In this document: one piece after another, positions 37,301-52,300 of the stretch
Numbering within the stretch: the first letter of the stretch is position 1
Layout of the letters: each line of letters opens with the position of its first letter
Source of the DNA: Eledone cirrhosa
Taxonomy: Eukaryota
NCBI GenBank assembly: GCA_964016885.1
Contig: OZ024742.1
Span: 344,038,001-344,102,000, forward strand
Length of the DNA: 64,000 nucleotides
Direction: 5' to 3'
Notes under the pieces: model-generated
What the model saw: only the letters and a program-made list of their open reading frames with translations
Told to the model about the DNA's origin: nothing
The model's database searches: none
Made by a program: the position numbers and the translations under genes

Positions 37301-40300
37301 ATATACCCAGCTCACAGTATTAAGGGCATATGAACTGTTGGTAGTGTATCCTACAATATATACCCAGCTCACAGTATTAAGGACATATGAACTGTTGGTA
37401 GTGTATCCTACAATATATACCCAGCTCACAGTATTAAGGACATATGAACTGTTGGTAGTGTATCCTACAATATATACCCAGCTCACAGTTTTAAGGACAT
37501 ATGAACTGTTGGTAGTGTATCCTACAATATATACCAAGCTCACAGATTTAAGGACATATAAATTGTTTGGTAGTGTATCCTACAATATATACCCAGCTCA
37601 CAGTTTTAAGGACATATGAACTGTTGGTAGTGTATCCTACAATATATACCCAGCTCACAGTATTAAGGACATATATACTGTTGGTAGTGTATCCTACAAT
37701 ATATACTCAGCTCACAGTTTTAAGGACATATATACTGTTGGTAGTGTATCCTACAATATATACTCAGCTCACAGTTTTAAGGACATATGAACTGTTGGTA
37801 GTGTATCCTACAATATATACCCAACTCCCAGTTTTAAGGACATATGAACTGTTGGTAGTGTATCCTACAATATATACCCAACTCACAGTTTTAAGGACAT
37901 ATGAACTGTTGGTAGTGTATCCTACAATATATACCCAGCTCACAGTATTAAGGACATATGAACTGTTGGTAGTGTATCCTACAATATATACCCAGCTCAC
38001 AGTATTAAGGACATCTGAACTGTTGGTAGTGTATCCTACAATATATACCCAGCTCACAGTTTTAAGGACATATGAACTGTTGGGAGTGTATCCTACAATA
38101 TATACCCAGCTCACAGTATTAAGGACATATGAACTGTTGGGAGTGTATCCTACAATATATACTCAGCTCACAGTATTAAGGACATATGAACTGTTGGTAG
38201 TGTATCCTACAATATATACCCAACTCACAGTTTTAAGGACATATGAACTGTTGGTAGTGTATCCTACAATATATACCCAGCTCACAGTTTTAAGGACATA
38301 TGAACTGTTGGTAGTGTATCCTAAAATATATACCCAGCTCACAGTTTTAAGGACATATAAACTGTTGGTAGTGTATCCTACAATATATACCCAGCTCACA
38401 GTTTTAAGGACATATAAACTGTTGGTAGTGTATCCTACAATATATACCCAGCTCACAGTATTAAGGACATATGAACTGTTGGTAGTGTATCCTACAATAT
38501 ATACCCAGCTCACAGTATTAAGGACATATAAACTGTTGGTAGTGTATCCTACAATATATACCCAGCTCACAGTTTTAAGGACATATAAACTGTTGGTAGT
38601 GTATCCTACAATATATACCCAGCTCACAGTTTTAAGGACATATAAACTGTTGGTAGTGTATCCTACAATATATACCCAGCTCACAGTATTAAGGACATAT
38701 GAACTGTTGGTAGTGTATCCTAAAATATATACCCAGCTCACAGTTTTAAGGACATATAAACTGTTGGTAGTGTATCCTACAATATATACCCAGCTCACAG
38801 TATTAAGGACATATGAACTGTTGGTAGTGTATCCTACAATATATACCCAGCTCACAGTATTAAGGACATATGAACTGTTGGTAGTGTATCCTACAATATA
38901 TACCCAGCTCACAGTTTTAAGGACATATGAACTGTTGGTAGTGTATCCTACAATATATACCCAGCTCACAGTTTTAAGGACATATGAATTGTTGGTAGAG
39001 TATCCTACAATATATACCCAGCTCACAGTTTTAAGGACATCTGAACTGTTGGTAGTTTATCCTACAATATATACCCAGCTCACAGTATTAAGGACATATG
39101 AACTGTTGGTAGTGTATCCTACAATATATACCCAGCTCACAGTTTTAAGGACATATGAACTGTTGGTAGTGTATCCTACAATATATACCCAGCTCACAGT
39201 TTTAAGGACATATGAATTGTTGGTAGAGTATCCTACAATATATACCCAGCTCACAGTTTTAAGGACATCTGAACTGTTGGTAGTTTATCCTACAATATAT
39301 ACCCAGCTCACAGTATTAAGGACATATGAACTGTTGGTAGTGTATCCTACAATATATACCCAGCTCACAGTATTAAGGACATATGAACTGTTGGTAGTGT
39401 ATCCTACAATATATACCCAACTCACAGTTTTAAGGACATATGAACTGTTGGTAGTGTATCCTACAATATATACCCACCTCACAGTTTTAAGGACATATGA
39501 ACTGTTGGTAGTGTATCCTACAATATATACCCAACTCACAGTTTTAAGGACATCTGAACTGTTGGTAGTGTATCCTACAATATATACCCAGCTCACAGTT
39601 TTAAGGACATATGAACTGTTGGTAGTGTATCCTACAATATATACCCAGCTCACAGTATTAAGGACATATGAACTGTTGGTAGTGTATCCTACAATATATA
39701 CCCAGCTCACAGTTTTAAGGACATATGAACTGTTGGTAGTGTATCCTACAATATATACCCAGCTCACAGTTTTAAGGACATATGAATTGTTGGTAGAGTA
39801 TCCTACAATATATACCCAGCTCACAGTTTTAAGGACATCTGAACTGTTGGTAGTTTATCCTACAATATATACCCAGCTCACAGTATTAAGGACATATGAA
39901 CTGTTGGTAGTGTATCCTACAATATATACCCAGCTCACAGTTTTAAGGACATATGAACTGTTGGTAGTGTATCCTACAATATATACCCAGCTCACAGTTT
40001 TAAGGACATATGAATTGTTGGTAGAGTATCCTACAATATATACCCAGCTCACAGTTTTAAGGACATCTGAACTGTTGGTAGTTTATCCTACAATATATAC
40101 CCAGCTCACAGTATTAAGGACATATGAACTGTTGGTAGTGTATCCTACAATATATACCCAGCTCACAGTTTTAAGGACATCTGAACTGTTGGTAGTGTAT
40201 CCTACAATATATACCCAGCTCACAGTATTAAGGGCATATGAACTGTTGGTAGTGTATCCTACAATATATACCCAGCTCACAGTTTTAAGGACATATGAAC

Positions 40301-43300
40301 TGTTGGTAGTGTATCCTACAATATATACCCAACTCACAGTATTAAGGACATATGAACTGTTGGTAGTGTATCCTAAAATATATACTCAGCTCACAGTATT
40401 AAGGACATATAAACTGTTGGTAGTGTATCCTACAATATATACTCAGCTCACAGTTTTAAGGACATCTGAACTGTTGGTAGTGTATCCTACAATATATACC
40501 CAGCTCACAGTTTTAAGGACATATGAACTGTTGGTAGTGTATCCTACAATATATACCCAGCTCACAGTATTAAGGACATATGAACTGTTGGTAGTGTATC
40601 CTACAATATATACCCAGCTCACAGTTTTAAGGACATATGAACTGTTGGTAGTGTATCCTACAATATATACCCAGCTCACAGTTTTAAAGACATATGAACT
40701 GTTGGTAGTGTATCCTACAATATATACCCAGCTCACAGTTTTAAGGACATATGAACTGTTGGTAGTGTATCCTACAATATATACCCAGCTCACAGTTTTA
40801 AGGACATATGAACTGTTGGTAGTGTATCCTACAATATATACCCAGCTCACAGTATTAAGGACATATGAACTGTTGGTAGTGTATCCTACAATATATACCA
40901 AGCTCACAGTTTTAAGGACATATGAACTGTTGGTAGTGTATCCTACAATATATACCCAGCTCACAGTATTAAGGGCATATGAACTGTTGGTAGTGTATCC
41001 TACAATATATACCCAGCTCACAGTTTTAAGGACATATGAACTGTTGGTAGTGTATCCTACAATATATACCTAGCTCACAGTATTAAGGACATATGAACTG
41101 TTGGTAGTGTATCCTAAAATATATACTCAGCTCACAGTATTAAGGACATATAAACTGTTGGTAGTGTATCCTACAATATATACTCAGCTCACAGTTTTAA
41201 GGACATCTGAACTGTTGGTAGTGTATCCTACAATATATACCCAGCTCACAGTTTTAAGGACATATGAACTGTTGGTAGTGTATCCTACAATATATACCCA
41301 ACTCACAGTATTAAGGACATATGAACTGTTGGTAGTGTATCCTAAAATATATACTCAGCTCACAGTATTAAGGACATATAAACTGTTGGTAGTGTATCCT
41401 ACAATATATACTCAGCTCACAGTTTTAAGGACATCTGAACTGTTGGTAGTGTATCCTACAATATATACCCAGCTCACAGTTTTAAGGACATATGAACTGT
41501 TGGTAGTGTATCCTACAATATATACCCAGCTCACAGTATTAAGGACATATGAACTGTTGGTAGTGTATCCTACAATATATACCAAGCTCACAGTTTTAAG
41601 GACATATGAACTGTTGGTAGTGTATCCTACAATATATACCCAGCTCACAGTATTAAGGGCATATGAACTGTTGGTAGTGTATCCTACAATATATACCCAG
41701 CTCACAGTTTTAAGGACATATGAACTGTTGGTAGTGTATCCTACAATATATACCCAACTCACAGTATTAAGGACATATGAACTGTTGGTAGTGTATCCTA
41801 CAATATATACTCAGCTCACAGTATTAAGGACATATAAACTGTTGGTAGTGTATCCTACAATATATACTCAGCTCACAGTTTTAAGGACATCTGAACTGTT
41901 GGTAGTGTATCCTACAATATATACCCAGCTCACAGTTTTAAGGACATATGAACTGTTGGTAGTGTATCCTACAATATATACCCAACTCACAGTATTAAGG
42001 ACATATGAACTGTTGGTAGTGTATCCTGCAATATATACTCAGCTCACAGTATTAAGGACATATGAACTGTTGGTAGTGTATCCTAAAATATATACCCAAC
42101 TCACAGTATTAAGGACATATGAACTGTTGGTAGTGTATCTTACAATATATACCCAGCTCACAGTATTAAGGACATATGAACTGTTGGTAGTGTATCCTAC
42201 AATATATACCCAGCTCACAGTATTAAGGACATATGAACTGTTGGTAGTGTATCCTACAATATATACCCAGCTCACAGTATTAAGGACATATGAACTGTTG
42301 GTAGTGTATCCTACAATATATACCCAGCTCACAGTTTTAAGGACATATGAACTGTTGGTAGTGTATCCTACAATATATACCCAGCTCACAGTATTAAGGA
42401 CATATATACTGTTGGTAGTGTATCCTACAATATATACTCAGCTCACAGTTTTAAGGACATATATACTGTTGGTAGTGTATCCTACAATATATACTCAGCT
42501 CACAGTTTTAAGGACATATGAACTGTTGGTAGTGTATCCTACAATATATACCCAACTCACAGTTTTAAGGACATATGAACTGTTGGTAGTGTATCCTACA
42601 ATATATACCCAACTCACAGTTTTAAGGACATATGAACTGTTGGTAGTGTATCCTACAATATATACCCAGCTCACAGTATTAAGGACATATGAACTGTTGG
42701 TAGTGTATCCTACAATATATACCCAGCTCACAGTATTAAGGACATCTGAACTGTTGGTAGTGTATCCTACAATATATACCCAGCTCACAGTTTTAAGGAC
42801 ATATGAACTGTTGGGAGTGTATCCTACAATATATACCCAGCTCACAGTATTAAGGACATATGAACTGTTGGGAGTGTATCCTACAATATATACTCAGCTC
42901 ACAGTATTAAAGACATATGAACTGTTGGTAGTGTATCCTACAATATATACCCAACTCACAGTTTTAAGGACATATGAACTGTTGGTAGTGTATCCTACAA
43001 TATATACCCAGCTCACAGTTTTAAGGACATATGAACTGTTGGTAGTGTATCCTAAAATATATACCCAGCTCACAGTTTTAAGGACATATAAACTGTTGGT
43101 AGTGTATCCTACAATATATACCCAGCTCACAGTTTTAAGGACATATAAACTGTTGGTAGTGTATCCTACAATATATACCCAGCTCACAGTATTAAGGACA
43201 TATGAACTGTTGGTAGTGTATCCTACAATATATACCCAGCTCACAGTATTAAGGACATATAAACTGTTGGTAGTGTATCCTACAATATATACCCAGCTCA

Positions 43301-46300
43301 CAGTTTTAAGGACATATAAACTGTTGGTAGTGTATCCTACAATATATACCCAGCTCACAGTTTTAAGGACATATAAACTGTTGGTAGTGTATCCTACAAT
43401 ATATACCCAGCTCACAGTATTAAGGACATATGAACTGTTGGTAGTGTATCCTAAAATATATACCCAGCTCACAGTTTTAAGGACATATAAACTGTTGGTA
43501 GTGTATCCTACAATATATACCCAGCTCACAGTATTAAGGACATATGAACTGTTGGTAGTGTATCCTACAATATATACCCAGCTCACAGTATTAAGGACAT
43601 ATGAACTGTTGGTAGTGTATCCTACAATATATACCCAGCTCACAGTTTTAAGGACATCTGAACTGTTGGTAGTGTATCCTACAATATATACCCAGCTCAC
43701 AGTTTTAAGGACATATGAACTGTTGGTAGTGTATCCTACAATATATACACAGCTCACAGTATTAAGGACATATGAACTGTTGGTAGTGTATCCTACAATA
43801 TATACCCAGCTCACAGTTTTATGGACATATGAACTGTTGGTAGTGTATCCTACAATATATACCCAGCTCACAGTATTAAGGGCATATAAACTGTTGGTAG
43901 TGTATCCTACAATATATACCCAGCTCACAGTATTAAGGACATATGAACTGTTGGTAGTGTATCCTACAATATATACCCACCTCACAGTATTAAGGACATA
44001 TGAACTGTTGGTAGTGTATCCTACAATATATACCCACCTCACAGTATTAAGGACATCTGAACTGTTGGTAGTGTATCCTACAATATATACCCAGCTCACA
44101 GTTTTAAGGACATATGAACTGTTGGTAGTGTATCCTACAATATATACCCAGCTCACAGTTTTAAGGACATATGAACTGTTGGTAGTGTATCCTACAATAT
44201 ATACCCACCTCACAGTATTAAGGACATATTAACTGTTGGTAGTGTATCCTACAATATATACCCACCTCACAGTATTAAGGACATCTGAACTGTTGGTAGT
44301 GTATCCTACAATATATACCCAGCTCACAGTTTTAAGGACATATGAACTGTTGGTAGTGTATCCTACAATATATACCCAGCTCACAGTTTTAAGGACATAT
44401 ATACTGTTGGTAGTGTATCCTACAATATATACTCAGCTCACAGTTTTAAGGACATATGAACTGTTGGTAGTGTATCCTACAATATATACCCAACTCACAG
44501 TTTTAAGGACATATGAACTGTTGGTAGTGTATCCTACAATATATACCCAACTCACAGTTTTAAGGACATATGAACTGTTGGTAGTGTATCCTACAATATA
44601 TACCCAGCTCACAGTATTAAGGACATATGAACTGTTGGTAGTGTATCCTACAATATATACCCAGCTCACAGTATTAAGGACATCTGAACTGTTGGTAGTG
44701 TATCCTACAATATATACCCAGCTCACAGTTTTAAGGACATATGAACTGTTGGGAGTGTATCCTACAATATATACCCAGCTCACAGTATTAAGGACATATG
44801 AACTGTTGGGAGTGTATCCTACAATATATACTCAGCTCACAGTATTAAGGACATATGAACTGTTGGTAGTGTATCCTACAATATATACCCAGCTCACAGT
44901 ATTAAGGACATATAAACTGTTGGTAGTGTATCCTACAATATATACCCAGCTCACAGTTTTAAGGACATATAAACTGTTGGTAGTGTATCCTTCAATATAT
45001 ACCCAGCTCACAGTTTTAAGGACATATAAACTGTTGGTAGTGTATCCTACAATATATACCCAGCTCACAGTATTAAGGACATATGAACTGTTGGGAGTGT
45101 ATCCTAAAATATATACCCAGCTCACAGTTTTAAGGACATATAAACTGTTGGTAGTGTATCCTACAATATATACCCAGCTCACAGTATTAAGGACATATGA
45201 ACTGTTGGTAGTGTATCCTACAATATATACCCAGCTCACAGTATTAAGGACATATGAACTGTTGGTAGTGTATCCTACAATATATACCCAGCTCACAGTT
45301 TTAAGGACATCTGAACTGTTGGTAGTGTATCCTACAATATATACCCAGCTCACAGTTTTAAGGACATATGAACTGTTGGTAGTGTATCCTACAATATATA
45401 CCCAGCTCACAGTATTAAGGACATATGAACTGTTGGTAGTGTATCCTACAATATATACCCAGCTCACAGTTTTATGGACATATGAACTGTTGGTAGTGTA
45501 TCCTACAATATATACCCAGCTCACAGTATTAAGGTCATATAAACTGTTGGTAGTGTATCCTACAATATATACCCAGCTCCCAGTATTAAGGACATATGAA
45601 CTGTTGGTAGTGTATCCTACAATATATACCCACCTCACAGTATTAAGGACATATGAATTGTTGGTAGTGTATCCTACAATATATACCCACCTCACAGTAT
45701 TAAGGACATCTGAACTGTTGGTAGTGTATCCTACAATATATACCCAGCTCACAGTTTTAAGGACATATGAACTGTTGGTAGTGTATCCTACAATATATAC
45801 CCAGCTCACAGTTTTAAGGACATATGAACTGTTGGTAGTGTATCCTACAATATATACCCACCTCACAGTATTAAGGACATATGAACTGTTGGTAGTGTAT
45901 CCTACAATATATACCCACCTCACAGTATTAAGGACATCTGAACTGTTGGTAGTGTATCCTACAATATATACCCAGCTCACAGTTTTATGGATATATGAAC
46001 TGTTGGTAGTGTATCCTACAATATATACCCAGCTCACAGTATTAAGGGCATATAAACTGTTGGTAGTGTATCCTACAATATATACCCAGCTCACAGTATT
46101 AAGGACATATGAACTGTTGGTAGTGTATCCTACAATATATACCCAGCTCACAGTTTTAAGGACATATGAACTGTTGGTAGTGTATCCTACAATATATACC
46201 CACCTCACAGTATTAAGGACATATGAACTGTTGGTAGTGTATCCTACAATATATACCCACCTCACAGTATTAAGGACATATGAACTGTTGGTAGTGTATC

Positions 46301-49300
46301 CTACAATATATACCCACCTCACAGTATTAAGGACATATAAACTGTTGGTAGTGTATCCTATAATATATACCCAGCTCACAGTTTTAAGGACATATGAACT
46401 GTTGGTAGTGTATCCTACAATATATACCCAGCTCACAGTTTTAAGGACATATGAACTGTTGGTAGTGTATCCTACAATATATACCCAGCTCACAGTTTTA
46501 AGGACATATGAACTGTTGGTAGTGTATCCTACAATATATACCCAGCTCACAGTTTTAAGGACATATGAACTGTTGGTAGTGTATCCTACAATATATACCC
46601 AGCTCACAGTTTTAAGGACATATGAACTGTTGGTAGTGTATCCTACAATATATACCCAGCTCACAGTTTTAAGGACATATGAACTGTTGGTAGTGTATCC
46701 TACAATATATACCCAGCTCACAGTTTTAAGGACATATGAACTGTTGGTAGTGTATCCTACAATATATACCCAGCTCACAGTATTAAGGACATATGAACTG
46801 TTGGTAGTGTATCCTACAATATATACCCAACTCACAGTTTTAAGGACATATGAACTGTTGGTAGTGTATCCTACAATATATACCCACCTCACAGTTTTAA
46901 GGACATATGAACTGTTGGTAGTGTATCCTACAATATATACCCAACTCACAGTTTTAAGGACATCTGAACTGTTGGTAGTGTATCCTACAATATATACCCA
47001 GCTCACAGTTTTAAGGACATATGAACTGTTGGTAGTGTATCCTACAATATATACCCAGCTCACAGTATTAAGGACATATGAACTGTTGGTAGTGTATCCT
47101 ACAATATATACCCAGCTCACAGTTTTAAGGACATATGAACTGTTGGTAGTGTATCCTACAATATATACCCAGCTCACAGTTTTAAGGACATATGAATTGT
47201 TGGTAGAGTATCCTACAATATATACCCAGCTCACAGTTTTAAGGACATCTGAACTGTTGGTAGTTTATCCTACAATATATACCCAGCTCACAGTATTAAG
47301 GACATATGAACTGTTGGTAGTGTATCCTACAATATATACCCAGCTCACAGTTTTAAGGACATATGAACTGTTGGTAGTGTATCCTACAATATATACCCAG
47401 CTCACAGTTTTAAGGACATATGAATTGTTGGTAGAGTATCCTACAATATATACCCAGCTCACAGTTTTAAGGACATCTGAACTGTTGGTAGTTTATCCTA
47501 CAATATATACCCAGCTCACAGTATTAAGGACATATGAACTGTTGGTAGTGTATCCTACAATATATACCCAGCTCACAGTTTTAAGGACATCTGAACTGTT
47601 GGTAGTGTATCCTACAATATATACCCAGCTCACAGTATTAAGGGCATATGAACTGTTGGTAGTGTATCCTACAATATATACCCAGCTCACAGTATTAAGG
47701 ACATATGAACTGTTGGTAGTGTATCCTACAATATATACCCAGCTCACAGTATTAAGGACATATGAACTGTTGGTAGTGTATCCTACAATATATACCCAGC
47801 TCACAGTTTTAAGGACATATGAACTGTTGGTAGTGTATCCTACAATATATACCAAGCTCACAGATTTAAGGACATATAAATTGTTTGGTAGTGTATCCTA
47901 CAATATATACCCAGCTCACAGTTTTAAGGACATATGAACTGTTGGTAGTGTATCCTACAATATATACCCAGCTCACAGTATTAAGGACATATATACTGTT
48001 GGTAGTGTATCCTACAATATATACTCAGCTCACAGTTTTAAGGACATATATACTGTTGGTAGTGTATCCTACAATATATACTCAGCTCACAGTTTTAAGG
48101 ACATATGAACTGTTGGTAGTGTATCCTACAATATATACCCAACTCCCAGTTTTAAGGACATATGAACTGTTGGTAGTGTATCCTACAATATATACCCAAC
48201 TCACAGTTTTAAGGACATATGAACTGTTGGTAGTGTATCCTACAATATATACCCAGCTCACAGTATTAAGGACATATGAACTGTTGGTAGTGTATCCTAC
48301 AATATATACCCAGCTCACAGTATTAAGGACATCTGAACTGTTGGTAGTGTATCCTACAATATATACCCAGCTCACAGTTTTAAGGACATATGAACTGTTG
48401 GGAGTGTATCCTACAATATATACCCAGCTCACAGTATTAAGGACATATGAACTGTTGGGAGTGTATCCTACAATATATACTCAGCTCACAGTTTTAAGGA
48501 CATATAAACTGTTGGTAGTGTATCCTACAATATATACCCAGCTCACAGTATTAAGGACATATGAACTGTTGGTAGTGTATCCTACAATATATACCCAGCT
48601 CACAGTATTAAGGACATATAAACTGTTGGTAGTGTATCCTACAATATATACCCAGCTCACAGTTTTAAGGACATATAAACTGTTGGTAGTGTATCCTACA
48701 ATATATACCCAGCTCACAGTTTTAAGGACATATAAACTGTTGGTAGTGTATCCTACAATATATACCCAGCTCACAGTATTAAGGACATATGAACTGTTGG
48801 TAGTGTATCCTAAAATATATACCCAGCTCACAGTTTTAAGGACATATAAACTGTTGGTAGTGTATCCTACAATATATACCCAGCTCACAGTATTAAGGAC
48901 ATATGAACTGTTGGTAGTGTATCCTACAATATATACCCAGCTCACAGTATTAAGGACATATGAACTGTTGGTAGTGTATCCTACAATATATACCCAGCTC
49001 ACAGTTTTAAGGACATCTGAACTGTTGGTAGTGTATCCTACAATATATACCCAGCTCACAGTTTTAAGGACATATGAACTGTTGGTAGTGTATCCTACAA
49101 TATATACACAGCTCACAGTATTAAGGACATATGAACTGTTGGTAGTGTATCCTACAATATATACCCAGCTCACAGTTTTATGGACATATGAACTGTTGGT
49201 AGTGTATCCTACAATATATACCCAGCTCACAGTATTAAGGGCATATAAACTGTTGGTAGTGTATCCTACAATATATACCCAGCTCACAGTATTAAGGACA

Positions 49301-52300
49301 TATGAACTGTTGGTAGTGTATCCTACAATATATACCCACCTCACAGTATTAAGGACATATGAACTGTTGGTAGTGTATCCTACAATATATACCCACCTCA
49401 CAGTATTAAGGACATCTGAACTGTTGGTAGTGTATCCTACAATATATACCCAGCTCACAGTTTTAAGGACATATGAACTGTTGGTAGTGTATCCTACAAT
49501 ATATACCCAGCTCACAGTTTTAAGGACATATGAACTGTTGGTAGTGTATCCTACAATATATACCCACCTCACAGTATTAAGGACATATTAACTGTTGGTA
49601 GTGTATCCTACAATATATACCCACCTCACAGTATTAAGGACATCTGAACTGTTGGTAGTGTATCCTACAATATATACCCAGCTCACAGTTTTAAGGACAT
49701 ATGAACTGTTGGTAGTGTATCCTACAATATATACCCAGCTCACAGTTTTAAGGACATATATACTGTTGGTAGTGTATCCTACAATATATACTCAGCTCAC
49801 AGTTTTAAGGACATATGAACTGTTGGTAGTGTATCCTACAATATATACCCAACTCACAGTTTTAAGGACATATGAACTGTTGGTAGTGTATCCTACAATA
49901 TATACCCAACTCACAGTTTTAAGGACATATGAACTGTTGGTAGTGTATCCTACAATATATACCCAGCTCACAGTATTAAGGACATATGAACTGTTGGTAG
50001 TGTATCCTACAATATATACCCAGCTCACAGTATTAAGGACATCTGAACTGTTGGTAGTGTATCCTACAATATATACCCAGCTCACAGTTTTAAGGACATA
50101 TGAACTGTTGGGAGTGTATCCTACAATATATACCCAGCTCACAGTATTAAGGACATATGAACTGTTGGGAGTGTATCCTACAATATATACTCAGCTCACA
50201 GTATTAAGGACATATGAACTGTTGGTAGTGTATCCTACAATATATACCCAGCTCACAGTATTAAGGACATATAAACTGTTGGTAGTGTATCCTACAATAT
50301 ATACCCAGCTCACAGTTTTAAGGACATATAAACTGTTGGTAGTGTATCCTTCAATATATACCCAGCTCACAGTTTTAAGGACATATAAACTGTTGGTAGT
50401 GTATCCTACAATATATACCCAGCTCACAGTATTAAGGACATATGAACTGTTGGGAGTGTATCCTAAAATATATACCCAGCTCACAGTTTTAAGGACATAT
50501 AAACTGTTGGTAGTGTATCCTACAATATATACCCAGCTCACAGTATTAAGGACATATGAACTGTTGGTAGTGTATCCTACAATATATACCCAGCTCACAG
50601 TATTAAGGACATATGAACTGTTGGTAGTGTATCCTACAATATATACCCAGCTCACAGTTTTAAGGACATCTGAACTGTTGGTAGTGTATCCTACAATATA
50701 TACCCAGCTCACAGTTTTAAGGACATATGAACTGTTGGTAGTGTATCCTACAATATATACCCAGCTCACAGTATTAAGGACATATGAACTGTTGGTAGTG
50801 TATCCTACAATATATACCCAGCTCACAGTTTTATGGACATATGAACTGTTGGTAGTGTATCCTACAATATATACCCAGCTCACAGTATTAAGGTCATATA
50901 AACTGTTGGTAGTGTATCCTACAATATATACCCAGCTCCCAGTATTAAGGACATATGAACTGTTGGTAGTGTATCCTACAATATATACCCACCTCACAGT
51001 ATTAAGGACATATGAATTGTTGGTAGTGTATCCTACAATATATACCCACCTCACAGTATTAAGGACATCTGAACTGTTGGTAGTGTATCCTACAATATAT
51101 ACCCAGCTCACAGTTTTAAGGACATATGAACTGTTGGTAGTGTATCCTACAATATATACCCAGCTCACAGTTTTAAGGACATATGAACTGTTGGTAGTGT
51201 ATCCTACAATATATACCCACCTCACAGTATTAAGGACATATGAACTGTTGGTAGTGTATCCTACAATATATACCCACCTCACAGTATTAAGGACATCTGA
51301 ACTGTTGGTAGTGTATCCTACAATATATACCCAGCTCACAGTTTTATGGATATATGAACTGTTGGTAGTGTATCCTACAATATATACCCAGCTCACAGTA
51401 TTAAGGGCATATAAACTGTTGGTAGTGTATCCTACAATATATACCCAGCTCACAGTATTAAGGACATATGAACTGTTGGTAGTGTATCCTACAATATATA
51501 CCCAGCTCACAGTTTTAAGGACATATGAACTGTTGGTAGTGTATCCTACAATATATACCCACCTCACAGTATTAAGGACATATGAACTGTTGGTAGTGTA
51601 TCCTACAATATATACCCACCTCACAGTATTAAGGACATATGAACTGTTGGTAGTGTATCCTACAATATATACCCACCTCACAGTATTAAGGACATATAAA
51701 CTGTTGGTAGTGTATCCTATAATATATACCCAGCTCACAGTTTTAAGGACATATGAACTGTTGGTAGTGTATCCTACAATATATACCCAGCTCACAGTTT
51801 TAAGGACATATGAACTGTTGGTAGTGTATCCTACAATATATACCCAGCTCACAGTTTTAAGGACATATGAACTGTTGGTAGTGTATCCTACAATATATAC
51901 CCAGCTCACAGTTTTAAGGACATATGAACTGTTGGTAGTGTATCCTACAATATATACCCAGCTCACAGTTTTAAGGACATATGAACTGTTGGTAGTGTAT
52001 CCTACAATATATACCCAGCTCACAGTTTTAAGGACATATGAACTGTTGGTAGTGTATCCTACAATATATACCCAGCTCACAGTTTTAAGGACATATGAAC
52101 TGTTGGTAGTGTATCCTACAATATATACCCAGCTCACAGTATTAAGGACATATGAACTGTTGGTAGTGTATCCTACAATATATACCCAACTCACAGTTTT
52201 AAGGACATATGAACTGTTGGTAGTGTATCCTACAATATATACCCACCTCACAGTTTTAAGGACATATGAACTGTTGGTAGTGTATCCTACAATATATACC

